From Hydrolagus colliei (taxonomy: Eukaryota), in NCBI GenBank assembly GCA_035084275.1, contig CM068745.1, forward strand, positions 11,532,001 to 11,596,000: 64,000 nt of DNA, in the 5' to 3' direction. Positions within the stretch are counted from its first letter, which is position 1. The number at the start of each line of letters is the position of its first letter. Of this stretch, positions 1 to 12,639 are shown in pieces. A program made the translations under genes and the position numbers. A model generated the notes under the pieces. It saw only the letters and a program-made list of their open reading frames with translations. It searched no databases and was not told where the DNA came from.

Positions 1-245
1 AACCAATTTAAGCAAACACCACTTCAATGAGCAAATCGTGAACCTGTCTGACAGGCTACTTAGGGGAACAGTTGAAGCTGGAAGTGTCATTATTTCAAAC
101 ACAGATAAGATAGTTTTCTTTTAGGAAATAACATTGTGGGATATAGCGCATATATAGTTTGATACATACGTGCATGTGAACCAGATGGACCTTGACCTTT
201 TCTCGTCTAGCATTTCCTATGTTCTTGTGTTTTTATGTTCTTATA
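1..245 (+). mobile_element. Old CR1-like LINE 3' end fragment
   Basis: Degenerate CR1 3' motifs (cttcaatgagcaaatcgtgaacctg; acagttgaagctggaagtg; agatggacc...) ending in a TTCTTATG-like tail. Confidence 0.45.
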
Positions 246-1671
246 TCGAGCTTCGAAAGGGAAAGAAACAACCTGTTTCGTATCTCCTGCCCATTCACCC
301 CACCATTGTTGGGTGAATTTAAAACTGTTTTGCCTCCACTCTGAAAGTCCATTCCAGAAATTCAGCACCTTGTTCTCCTTTGCCTTCACACCATCTTTTA
401 GCTGTGCTTTTGATCCCCTTATCTTCCCATCCTGTCCCTAGTGAGGCTGCCAGTCAGCTAAATGAAGTGTTTTGGGATGGCCTCAATGTGTGAAAGCACT
501 ATATACAGTAACTCAATTATTGTTAGTACAGATAGCTAAATGACAGACCTCTCGGGATCTCTATGATTTTCCTTTAAAGATTGCAACAACATTACCTGTT
601 TCGCAATCTTGTGCAACTGTCTTTGAGTTTGATGTTTAATGAAATGCAAAAGATTTCAGCCTGCAGCTTACTTCTATCATCATTTTGTTAATTATTCTCA
701 GATGCATTCCACCTGGTCTACTTAGTATTTGAAACGGGGGGGAAATGAACAGTTTGGGATTACTTCTCTCTTATCAGCAGGATTTTTAAAAATTAAAATC
801 AGTTGATGGAGTGACCTCTTCCTCCCCCGTAAACTACATCTTCCAGTCTTTTGTTTTGTTCCTACCTGCGGCAGAACAGGGAGGGAGGGCTATGTGCTTG
901 CTATTATGCTTGGTCTTGGGAGCAGCAATGTTTCAACTCACATAACCAAAGTCCAACAGATATAAAAAGATAACCATTCCTTCCAGGGTAACACTGAATC
1001 AGTGGTGATCTTTAAACAGCCTGTTGGCCATTTGTGGTGGAGTTAAATTTCAACTGTGGCCCTCGATACGTTTGCTATACTATACTGTACTGTGTTTCTG
1101 AGCTCATGAATTGCCTACCCAAACACGAGAAGATGTCAGAACTGGGATTCATTACAGCTTTCTCTCCATCTCAGCTATCCACTGAGAAAAGGGAAGTGTG
1201 ATATGGCGGACGACCTCTTTATCTCACTATGAAAGGTCAAGCAGACCATTATAATTCAGAAACTTGTGGAAATATGTAATCTCGGTGCCAGGTTTAATGA
1301 GGTGATTGAATGCAGCATTCCATTTAAGAGATCTGGTTTGGGGGAAGAGTATGTGTGTGAATGAAGTTGCCACATCAGTATCCTTAAATTTGATCTGGCG
1401 CTTTTCACATCTTCTAGACATCTCAAAGCGCTTCACAGATTTGTTTGATTTTGATATTATTAATAACAATTTGGTGTTGGTTTGTATCGTTGACGGTTCT
1501 GAATAATCTATAGTCTAAATTTTTAATAGGAAATACAGTATTACAATTTATGGTAAACTAGCTTTGCATGTTGCAGCATCACTTACAACCAAAGGATCCA
1601 ATATGGATTGTAGATTGAGACACAGACAGACATTTCGTTCTGACATAAATACTCAGCTGGCAGGACTCCCT

Positions 1672-1705
1672 TTGGCAGGCAGACGGCAGGCAGGCAGGCA
1701 GGCAG
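1672..1705. repeat. (GGCA)n microsatellite
   Basis: ggcaggcagacggcaggcaggcaggcaggcag. Confidence 0.85.
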
Positions 1706-1874
1706 AGATTATCATTTTATTAGTATAGATGGGTGATAGATACACAATTATTGAAATGTTTACTTTGTTTCCATATTGGGATTTGATATTATGGAATCCA
1801 GTGAGAATTCACGGCTTATTAAACCCCACTTGTTCAGAATTGTTGCCTTCAACCAAATATTAGTAACAAGGTCA

Positions 1875-2225
1875 ACTTGGCTCAGTGTTAGAGCTCTCAC
1901 CTCTGAGTCAGAAGCAACTCTGGAGTTGAACTCACATGGTCTAAGCTCTAAATTTAACTAAACTAAACCAGACTGTCCAGCACCTTGCGACGTCCTCCTG
2001 ATGTGAAAGGCTCTATACAATGAAATTTTGTTGTTGTTGTAAACTGACACTCCACAACATATATCTAAGGGTCTTTTGCATCTGAAGGATGAGAGGCCTC
2101 ATCCTTCAGATGAGATATTAAAATCGAACCCCTGTCTGCCAATTTAGGTGGACATCAAAAGATTGCATGTTACTATTCAAAAAGCGAAGGGCGCTTCCCT
2201 GATGTCTTGTCCAGCAATCCCAAGA
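1875..2225 (+). mobile_element. Deu-domain tRNA-derived SINE, interrupted by an L2 tail (~1975-2040)
   Basis: Head tggctcagtgttagagctctcacctctgagtcagaag; Deu-like block cagatgagatattaaaatcgaacccctgtctgcc...ggtggacatcaaaag; internal hairpin plus (TTG)n L2 tail. Confidence 0.7.
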
Positions 2226-2449
2226 AAATATTTTTATAAATTTAAGGGTGGGGGCAATGAGAGGGTGGGCAGGGGGGGTAGGGGTGCAAGGCGGGAGGAG
2301 ACAGGAAGTGTGATGCTTTTCAAGAGAGTTGATGAACACATCATTCTAGTGCACAAATCTTTCATAATATGTTTTGTTGAAAAATAAATGCAATTTTCCA
2401 TAATCTTCTTTAACAAATTGCACATATCAGCAACAATATTGCCCAACGC

Positions 2450-2830
2450 CAGCACTCTTGCCTCTGAATCAGGGGACTGTGGTTTCAAGTTCCACCCTAG
2501 GACTTGGAATCACTTGGTCTAAGCTGAGACTCCAATGCAGTGCTGGGGGATTTGCATTGACAGAGATGCCATCCTTTAGATGAGACGTTAAACTGAGGTC
2601 CCATTTACCTGTTCAGGCTGACTTTAAACTTCCCAAAACACTATTCAAATAGAAGTAGGCTTCTCCCAGTGTCCTGGTCAACAACCCCCAAACTCACTAC
2701 ATGACTGTTCGTGGGACGCCGATGTGTGCCACTGAGTGCTGCATTTCATCCACAAAATACACAATATATCCTTGAAGAGTTTTGGGTTGTCCTCCTGACG
2801 TGAAATAAGCTCTACCAAATACAAATATTA
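2450..2830 (+). mobile_element. Deu-domain SINE
   Basis: agcactcttgcctctgaatcag...ggtttcaagttcc (B-box-like); gatgagacgttaaactgaggtccc; L2-like 3' tail. Confidence 0.75.
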
Positions 2831-4188
2831 TCTATTATTCTACACATTTAGATTTTTTTTCTGATCGTCGTATATACACATGCAATAATGTAGGTATCAC
2901 AATTTGGTTACAATCTGTAATCTTTGCATCCACCTGCAAATAGCATTATTCCCTCTTTGATCATTTTTACACTGATTGGCAAAGCAGTGTCATAAAAACC
3001 CAATTAACTTTCCTTCTGATCTTCAGTTTATTTTCAATGGGGCGAAAATTACAGTTTGTGATTTGTTAATTATCACCTGTGATTATTAGTGTGTTTTGAT
3101 GAATGCAATCGAGACAGTCGATAATAAAAGACAATCCACAGGTGGCCACACTCCACAACTTGGCAATGGTTGAAGTTGGTCATTCTTTCATTTTACTTAG
3201 ATCTGGGTGATAGTGGCTGAAGACTTGACCACACCTGACCTATGTTAGCTAAGTGAAAGGGGCAGACAGAGGAGTGGGATACAACCAGGTCAAAGAGGTA
3301 GGGAGTGGTAAGGGCATGAAGGGATTTCACTCTGGCTCCCTATCTGTTATGTGAAATATATTGGGACAATCATTCAGATGAATGTCACCATATACATTGT
3401 TGCTGTGGTGCATTTGTGATGGCCTTGTCAGCAAACACACAAAAAGCATATCAATGTAGAATCACAGCCTTATATTATAGATTGAATAAAGTGTGTCTGG
3501 ATCAGTTTCTGTGCTTGTGAATGCTACAGAGGTAAAGAAAGGCAGATGAAGGAGACATGGTGAAACACAGAGAGAGAAAATAGAGGAAAACACAGTCTGG
3601 ACTGATATGGTTGACTATTCTCTTCTTGGTTTTGCCTACACTTCCTAAGGCATTGTGAAGATAATTATCCGTGACAGGCAAGTTCATCAGTGACAAAATA
3701 GGTTCCAGTCTTGTTGCTGTAATTTATCCAGGAAGATGAATTGAATCACAGTGGAACGTTAGATCCCACTGTGCTAAAAGACTGTCTCAAAATGATAAAC
3801 AGCACCAAATGCCACACATAGCAATACCAATTAACAGCGGTCATAAATTAAAGGCTGCCAGCAAATAATGCTGCAAGCACAATTTGAGGCTCTAAATATG
3901 TATTTTTTTTTGTTTCTTGCTGCACAATATCTTGTATTTATTACCCCTAAATTAAGGTTTTATTAATGTTTTAGCTATATGCAACTACATTACACTGAAA
4001 TCTACTTTTGGAGCTGAGATAACATTCATAAACTCCATATATCTCCAGTTTGGCATGAAAGGCAATCATTTCAACGCACTTCACATAAATTAAATTGGGT
4101 TATCTAGTAAATATGGGCTGTTGTTGAGGTATTTTGACATCATAGTTCTAGGCTAAGGAGAAGGCTTCTGGCAGATCCATGTATAGTT

Positions 4189-4490
4189 GGAGTCTTGTAC
4201 TGAGTGGTTAGAGCACTCGCCTTACATGTGAGAGACCCTGGGGTTGATTCCAAGCAGGGTGAAACCTTGGGCAAGTTTCCTCACTCTACACACCTGATAA
4301 TAATCCCTAAAAAAAAAGTTGTTATTTCAATCCACGACTGTTTGTGGGTCACTGCTGTGTGCAATTGGCTGCCGCATTTCATCCACAAATATACAGTGAA
4401 TTCACTTTATAGTATATTCTGTGAAGAACTTTGAGACATCTAGAAGATGTGAAAAGCGCTATGTCAAATGCAAGGATTAATATTATTATT
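4189..4490 (+). mobile_element. tRNA-derived CORE-like SINE (short form) with L2-type tail
   Basis: A-box agtggttagagc, B-box ggttgattcc, ccttgggcaagt (CORE-like), tail aaagcgctatgtcaaatgcaaggattaatattatt. Confidence 0.85.
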
Positions 4491-5084
4491 CTTAAATCAG
4501 TCATGCATATTACAGTCATTGTTCTAATGGACTACTGCCTTTTTCATACCTCTGCAATGTAATACAAGCCCATTCACTGAAATGTTAGAGCTTTGATGTT
4601 ACATTTACAGTATTCAAATATCTTCTAACTGAGATGAAAGGCATGTGTATTAATTCATGTAATGCAATTTACATTTATATTGATATATACAGTATTTAAA
4701 TTTATACTGAAATATATCTACAATACCATAAAGGTGACAGAATTGTTTTCCCATCTGCAGTATACATTTAGCTCTGCAGTATACATCTTAACATTATATG
4801 GTCATGCGTCACTATGAGCTCTGGTATGAATTTAAAATTTTTAATATTTTTTAAATGTTAAAATAATTCAAAATGAATGAATGAAACCAAGCACCGTGAA
4901 TACAAAAAAGATGATTAAAATAACCATTCCATAAAATTAACAATATGATCCTTCCCCCTGTGGTATTATCATAAAAGTCATTAATAATCCTAAAAGTATT
5001 GTTAGAATTCAGGATATTCAAGTTATTTCATAATTTAGAGTGAATCTTTTGTTAAGGCATTATAATAGTACGAATTGTATTATT

Positions 5085-5380
5085 ATTAATAATAATCCTT
5101 GCATTTGATATTGCACATTATCACATCATTGAGACGTCCCAAAGTAGTTCACAGAATATACTGCAATGTGAATTGTCTGTATGTTTTTGTGGATGAAATG
5201 TTGTGTCAATTGTGTCGCTCAGGTCAACATTGAGGATTTAGTATCGTACTAATAATCCTTGCATTTAATAGTGGCAATGCCTTTAACATCCACCTGAATT
5301 GGACAAAGGGATCTTAGTTTGCCTCATCCAAAGAATGGCACCTCTAACAATATATTGGTGTGTCTGCTTCGACTATGAAT
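5085..5380 (-). mobile_element. SINE tail and Deu-SINE fragments
   Basis: aataatccttgcatttgat... tail on the minus strand; tttaacatccacctgaa Deu remnant. Confidence 0.6.
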
Positions 5381-5924
5381 AATAATGAAGTGCGTGCATT
5401 TTGTGAGCAGCACATTCATCTCTATCTGCTGATTTCAGTGCCTATGGTGGATAATAGAATTTTGGGGTCAATTACTCACTGACCATAACATTAGCTGACA
5501 TGTATCCCATTGCAAGTATAAATCAATATTGAGCCCCAACCTGTATTACATCTCTGTTAATGCGGCACAACGCAACCAGGGAAATGCTTGTTACTGCAAT
5601 CGCAAATGAGCCATGACAAAGTTGATCATTCAACTCACTACATTTAATATATTATAACAGGCATGTTGTTGTTTCATTATTTATGATGTTGCTTTAATAT
5701 TTAAAGGAATTGTGTGCCTTCTTAATTGCTCAATGTCTCACATTCCTTGAACATATGTACAGAATCAAAATTGACTGTGATCTAACCAAATAATGTATAA
5801 ACATTATATTTAATATACAGTATTGCTAACATTCAGTGCAGAATATCATGGTGCTTTATTGGCAGGCCTAATGTGGTACTAATGTATGTTGGGATGTGCA
5901 CTGCAGTGATTTCCCGCAGCCCAT

Positions 5925-8840
5925 AGAGTTAGGGAATTGATAGGAATGCAAACAGTAGTTCAGATAAGGGAGGGGTAAGACAGGGGACAAGGGGAGGGGT
6001 AGGACAGGAGAAAAGTACAGAGCAGGTGAATTCTGTCTTGGAGTGCATGTATGTAAATGCACGGAGTTTGACAAATAAAATTGGTGAGCTGCAGGCTCTA
6101 TTGCTGCAAGAGGATATGATGTAGTAGCTGCAACAGAGACCTGGCTCAAACAAGGTCAGGAATGGGACCTCAACATTCCTGGCTATAATATATTCAGGAG
6201 GGATAGAGAAGGGAGAAAAGGAGGTGGGGTGGCAATATTAGTTAAAGACTCAGTTACAGCCTTAGAAAGGAATGAGGTGGAAGAAGGCCAAACAAAACAA
6301 ATCTATCTGGTTAGAGATAAGGAATAAAAAAGGAGCAGTTACACTGTTGGGGATATACTATAGACCACCAAATAATGGGAAGTAGATAGAAGAGCAGATC
6401 TGGAAGCAGATTTCGGAAAGATGCAAAGCCAATACAGTAGTAATAATGGGAGACTTTAATTATCCCAACATTGACTGGCAGAATAGTAGTGTAAAGGGCA
6501 AGGATGGAGAAGAATTCCTGAAATGTGTCCAGGACAACTTTCATGATCCATATGTTTCCAATCCAACAAGGAAGGAAGCAGTGCTGGATCTAGTTTTGGG
6601 GAATCACGTGGGGCAAGTGCAACAGGTTTCTGTAGGTGAGCACTTAGGAAATAGCGATCACAATATCATTGGATTCAGAGTAATTATGGAAAGGGATAGG
6701 GAACACTCAAAGGTGAAGACACTCAACTGGAAGAAGGCTAATTTCAGTGAGTTAAAATGGGACCTTCCCGAGGCGGACTGGAAAAAACGATTGGCAGGTA
6801 AAACAGCTAACAAGCAGTGGGCAATCTTCAAGGAAGAGATAGTTCTGGCACAGGTCAAAAACATTCCAACAAAGATAACATGTAGGGCATCCAAACCTCT
6901 CTGGATGACTAGGGCAATTGGGGTTAAAATAAAGCAAAAAAAGAAGGCTTATGACAAGTGTCAGGCCCAAGGTACAGAGGTCAACCAAGCAGAATATAGG
7001 AAGTGCAGGAGAGAACTGAAAAAGGAAATTAGAGGGGCAAGAAGACTGCATGAGAAACAATTAGCAGGTAACATTAAAGGGAACCCTAAGATATTTTACA
7101 AACATATTAAGAGTAAAAGATTGGTCAAGGGTAGAGTGGGGCCAATTAGGGGCCAAGGAGGAAATCTTATTGTGGAAGCAGAGAGCATGGCTGATGTACT
7201 GAATGTATACTTTGCCTCTGTCTTCACAAGAGAAGAGGATGCAGCCAATGTTACCATATTGGAGGAGAGGGTAGAAGAAATGGATAGGATTAGTATAAAC
7301 AGAGAAGAAATACTAAAAAGATTGATGGCGCTCAAGGTAGATAAGTCACCCAGTCTGGATAGGATGCATCCCAGGTTACTAAGGGAAGTACGGGAGCAAA
7401 TAGCAGAGACTCTGGCCACAATCTTTCAATCTTCCTTGGACACAGGGGTGGTACCAGAGGACTGGAAGGTTGTTAATGTTACTCCCCTGTATAAAAAAGG
7501 GCAGAAGGACAAACCAGGGAACTACAGGTCAGTCAGTCTAACGTCGGTAATGGGCAAACTTCTAGAGTCTATAATCAGGGACAAGATAGATCTTCACTTA
7601 CAAAGATTTAGACTAATAAAGGATAGCCAGCATGGATTTGTTGAAGGCAAATCTTGCCTTACAAATCTGATAGAATTTTTCGATGAGGTAAGGGAATGGG
7701 TAGCACAGCTGATGTAGTTTATATGGACTTTCAAAAGGCATTTGACAAAGTGCCACATGAGAGCCTTATTAGGAAAGTAGAGGTCCACAGCATTAAAGGG
7801 ACAGTGGCAGCGTGGATCCATAACTGGCTGCAAGACAGAAAGCAGAGAGTTGTGGTGAGCAGCTGTTTTTCAGACTGGAGGGAAGTGTGCAGTGGCGTCC
7901 CCCAGGGATCGGTTTTGGGACCATTGCTCTTTTTAATATATATTAATGATCTGGACTTGGGTGTAGGCAGCACAGGTTCCAAGTTTGCAGATGATACTAA
8001 GTTAGGGAGAATAGTAAATAGTGAGGAGGATAGTAACTATCTGCAAGAAGATATAGATAAAATGGTATCTAGCCTATATAGGCTAGATAGTACAATTTTA
8101 AGGGGTGTGAGGGAACAGAGAGACCTGGGGATTTGTGTTAGTGACTCTTTGAAGAGGACAGGTAGACAAAGCCGTTAAGAAGGCATATGGGATTTATAAA
8201 TAGGGATATAGAGTACAAAAGTCAGGAAGTGCCTACTAACCTCTATAAAACTTTGGTTAGGCCTCAGCTGGAGTACTGTGTCCAATTCTGGTCACCACAC
8301 TATAGAAAGCATGTTAAGGCATTGGAAAGGGTGCAAAGAAGGTTTACTAGGTACTAGGATTGGTACTAGGTACTAGGTACTAGGATTGAGGGACTTCAGT
8401 TATGAGGAAAGGCTAGATAGGCTAGGTGTATTCTCTTTAGAACAGAGAAATGTTTGAGAGGAGACCTAACAGAGGTCTATAAAATCATGAGGGGATTCGA
8501 CAGGGTGAACAAGGAAAAACTGTTTCCATTGGTGGGTGAATCTTTGACTTGTGGTCACAGATTTAAAATAGTTCCAAAATGAAGCAGAGGGGAGCTGAGG
8601 AGAAATGTTTTCACTCAGCGGGTTGTTCGAATCTGGAATGCATTGCCTGAAAAGGTGGTGGAGGCCGATTTGATAACAGCTTTTAAAAGAGAATTAGATC
8701 TTTATTTAGGGAGAACAGGTCTGTTAGGAGAGAGCTGGGCAGTGGGATTGAGTTGCTCTTTTCAAAGAGCCGGCACAGACTAGATGGGCCGAATGGCCTC
8801 CTTTTGTGCCGTAAAATTTTATGATTCTATGATTCTATGA
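5925..8840 (+). mobile_element. CR1-clade LINE, near-complete ORF2 plus 3' UTR, inactivated
   Basis: APE endonuclease motifs (CMYVNARSL, ATETWL, GDFNYPNIDW, LDLVL, SDHN), RT motifs (PGNYRSVSLTS, QHGF, YMDFQKAFDKVPH, GVPQGSVLGP, KFADDTKL), 3' tail (ATGATTCT)n. Confidence 0.97.
6035..8750 (+). pseudogene. CR1 ORF2 (endonuclease + reverse transcriptase), frameshifted
   Basis: ORF pieces 6446-7717 and 7696-8178 in different frames; further breaks near 6100, 6300, 8160 and 8350 judged from motif continuity and the sister copy at 28.1 kb. Confidence 0.93.
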
Positions 8841-8959
8841 TGCCAGGCATTAAACTTGAGAAATCTTCCTTTTCCTCATGTGTTCCATGAGTACAGCCAT
8901 GAAAGAATGTTGGAATTGTAATTTGGTTATCCTTGCACCCACAAGCAATAATAATAGTT

Positions 8960-9230
8960 ATTATTATTTTTGCTATGGTCCCTTTTCACTTCTGGAGGAC
9001 TTCCCAAATCACTTTATAGGATACGATGTAAAGTGCAGTGACTGTGTTCGTTTGCAAACAAAGCAGCCAACGTGTGTGCAGCATTGTCCTACAAACAGCC
9101 ATTGAAATTAATCATCATTTTTTATTGGAGAGGTTGTTGGCTAGCACAATGGGAGAATCTCCCCACTCTTCTCTTTACGGATAGATCTCATTACATCTTT
9201 AATGTGTACCTGAACAGATAGATGGGACCA
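8960..9230 (-). mobile_element. Degenerate Deu-SINE
   Basis: Reverse complement of the Deu block (atctttaatgtgtacctgaacagatagatgggacc) and of the tail. Confidence 0.55.
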
Positions 9231-9304
9231 TACAAAATCGCTTCAAAATAACATAGTTTAATTAAAAAATATATTGTCATCCTTCTTAGAATACACAGCG
9301 GCCA

Positions 9305-9760
9305 GCCTGGCTCAGTTAGTAGCACTTTTACCTCTAAGTGTGAAGTTTGTTGATTCAAATTCAACATTGGGATTTTTATAGTCCAGCCTGATAATCCACT
9401 GTAGTGCTGGTAGAGTACTGCCTGAGGTGCCATCATTCAGATGAGACTTTAAACCACAGTCCTGTCTGCCTAAGTTCTCCGAGACACAACCCTGCATGAA
9501 GGACCCCTGTATAAATACAAATTGTTGTTGTTCATGTGGACATTAAATATCTCACTGTTCAAACAGAGAAGGAAGTTTCTTCCAATATCCTGGCCAATAA
9601 TCCACCAAATAAAAAATCGGTAATTTACTTATGGCTGTTTGTGGGACATTGCTTTGTGCAAATTTGCTGCTAGGTTAACCTACACATACAGAGCCACTAA
9701 ATGTTATATAAATCTCTGTTAAGCATTTTGAGATATTTCAGCATGATAAAGTATTACAGT
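9305..9760 (+). mobile_element. Deu-domain SINE, near full length
   Basis: ggctcagttagtagcacttttacctct head; gaggtgccatcattcagatgagactttaaacc; ggctgtttgtgggacattgc 3' module; small L2-tail insert at ~9490-9532. Confidence 0.75.
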
Positions 9761-11343
9761 AAAACTCACATCAGTTATATCAGTCAGGACCATAACATTT
9801 GATATGATTTACGAAACGTGCGAGTTTCCAGCAAACTGTATTAATTGTATAAAATCGTATTAAAATAATAATCTACATTGTGCGTAATTCAATGCTGCTG
9901 GTATGTGCACATGCAGTGACGGATCAATGTGTCTTGTTATATTTTTATAGCACCTTTCACATCAGGACGATGTCCCAAAGCACTGGAATCACATAGAATT
10001 GCGAGATAAAAGCTACATTACCTGAGATTCAATGAAGCCGGTAAGTGCAGGGGTAATGGAAGGTAGGGGAGCTGGGTTACGAGTTAAGGAGATCATTAAT
10101 ATGAGTAATGCAAAACAATCTGAATGGCTTTGATTGGAAACTGAATGAGACTGAAAGTGAGTGTAAAACTTGGGTGATTATATGATTTATAAAGGTAAGA
10201 CTTAGGTGAATTGTACTCTATATAGTACTCCAGACTGCACTTTGAGACATCTAGAAGACGTGAAAAGCACTGTATCAAATGCAAGGATTATTATTACGTT
10301 ATTATTATATCAAATGTAAGGATTATTATGATTATAATTAGGCAAAAGGAGGCAGAAGCCAGAAGAGACAGAAGCGGTAGGGAATCTCTTCAGTTCAAAA
10401 CCCATTCTCAATCATCATTCAAACTGAATTCTCATTAACAACAACAACAAAATTACATTTACATCGAGAGGACAAGTGATCTTACCAAGCTCCCAGCAAG
10501 GAATTCCAAATTGAGTTTTTATTGACAACCTACTGACACCGCAGAATGCTCAATTTCAACTTGTGTGTAGAGAAATTGGAGGTGGTGGGGGGGGTGGGGG
10601 TGGGGCAACGAAACAAGGAGTTAAGCTCGGCCCCAGCATCTCAGGTACTACAGTTTGCTGTCCACACAAGAGTGCTTTGATTTATATATTTGCAAAGCTC
10701 CATGACACAAGTTAAATGTTTAAACAGTCCATTTCATAGACTATTGCATCTATGCTTTATCATGCTCAATAGCTCTTGCACACCTCAGCTATCAGCCAAC
10801 GATTCTTGGATATAGCAAGAAGCTTGTCAGCATGTAGAGAGTTGCTGTCATCAGACACAGGGCTGTAAAACAAGCTTTTAAAGCAGTGTTGGACAAGTCT
10901 TTGGTCGACCAACCAAACAAATTTTCTTGATTAAATGTATTTTGCTGATGGCCGCTCCATCAACTTCATCAGCCAGTAGCTACTGGAAACAAAACATTGA
11001 ATTGAAACAAACTCACCTAAACAGTGTGACTGTTTGGTAGGCCACTTCTTAATGGCACAGTGGACCACTTCTCGTCTCCACTGCGTTAAAGCACTCACGT
11101 CTTTACAGGAAAAGTCTGGATACTCAAAAACATTTGAAGAGGTATTGTGAAATTATATTTTTGATGGAAGAAACCAAATGAAATTAAAAAATGTCTTGTT
11201 CTCAGATTGGTGGTCAATATGAAGAAAAGCATCAAATTCTGGTCGAATTGATGAGGCCTCATCAATATTGAGGTTTGTTATAACATTATGTTCTTTACTG
11301 TAACATTTTATGATTTTATCCAACTTGTGAGTAACACAACAGA

Positions 11344-11774
11344 TTGAAGAATCTAGGCCTATATTTTCTAGAATATAGAAGAATTAGAGTTGATCTTATA
11401 GAAACCTTTAAGATTATTAAGGGGCATGACAGAGTAGATAGTGGGAGACTGTTTCCCCTGGTTGGAGAAACTATAACCAGGGGTCACAGTCTTAAAATTA
11501 GGGGTCAGCCCTTTCACACTGAGTTGAGGAAAAACTTCTTCACACAGAGCGTAGTAAATTTATGTAATTCTCTACCCCAAAGGGCTGTAGATGCTCAGTC
11601 CTTGAACATATTCAAGACTGAGATTGATAGATTTTTTGTGGATAAAGGGATTAAGGGATATGCGGATAATGCAGGTAGGTAGAGTTAGATTAGAAGATCA
11701 GCCATGATCTTATTGAATGGCGGGCTCAAGGTGCCGAATGGCTCCTGCTCTTAATTCTTATGTTCTTATGTTCT
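11344..11774 (+). mobile_element. 5'-truncated CR1 LINE (second subfamily)
   Basis: ORF2 C-terminus LGLYFLEYRRIRVDLIETFKIIKG...TRGHSLK...NFFTQSVVNL; tail (TTCTTATG)n; candidate TSD AACAGA at 11338-11343 and 11775-11780. Confidence 0.93.
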
Positions 11775-12639
11775 AACAGAAAAACGTGTCTCAATAAATG
11801 TTCTTATTTCGCCCACAAAATATACAGTCAATTCACTTTACAGTATGTTCTGTGAAGTGCTTTGAGACGTCTCAAATGCTTGATAAAGCTCTATATCAAA
11901 TGCAAGGATTATTATTATTATAGCATGTTAGAGTGTTTTTTTTGCTAATGCCTTTAGTTGAATCAGAGAGAGGTTTCAAGATGAATTTACCACTTTATCT
12001 GAAAAACACATGCTTACAACATCCATTTTATTCATTTTCCTTATGCTTTAAGTTATTAGTGTGCAGCAGCCAGCTCCAGTCTCCACCCGAACAGCAACAC
12101 GAGATACATGATTGATTTTGACCTGTGGGGCGGCTCACCACATATTTAGCTGTATCGATCTCACTCTGGCTGATTTTTATAACCATGCCCTACTCAGAAA
12201 GTGCCATCATTCTTGAATGAATCTCCGACTGAAGGAATTGCTTATCACCAACAGGAATGATAGGGAATTTGGGGTTCATAAGTTTGAATGAAGGTTCTGT
12301 ACAATTTCACAGGCTGAAAAAGGTCACACATCGTAATGTGAATTCATTTGATGCGACAGACACCTTTAGCAGATGGAGAAGTTAATGCATTCAATTCTCC
12401 AAGTTAACTACTTGAAGACATCTGTAAGAAGTGTCACTAATATAAGGAGGGAACTTGGTCTTGTTTTGTCTCGTAAATTCTCATGTTCTTATGTTAATTA
12501 CCCTCTTGGTCAAGAAACACTTTATGGGGACCACACTAAACTCTTGTTCTCTGTCTTGGTGCATCTGAAAGTATTCTTCTGGGTTTGAAACAAAATCCTT
12601 GCATTTAATATAGTGTATATTTTACATCACCTCTCCCGC

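Noticed and set aside
6658-7982. Minus-strand ORFs over CR1 (also 28722-29090)
   Set aside because: Antisense shadows of LINE ORF2.
9756-9930. TA-CAGTAAAACTC start resembling a Tigger TIR
   Set aside because: No matching right TIR found.
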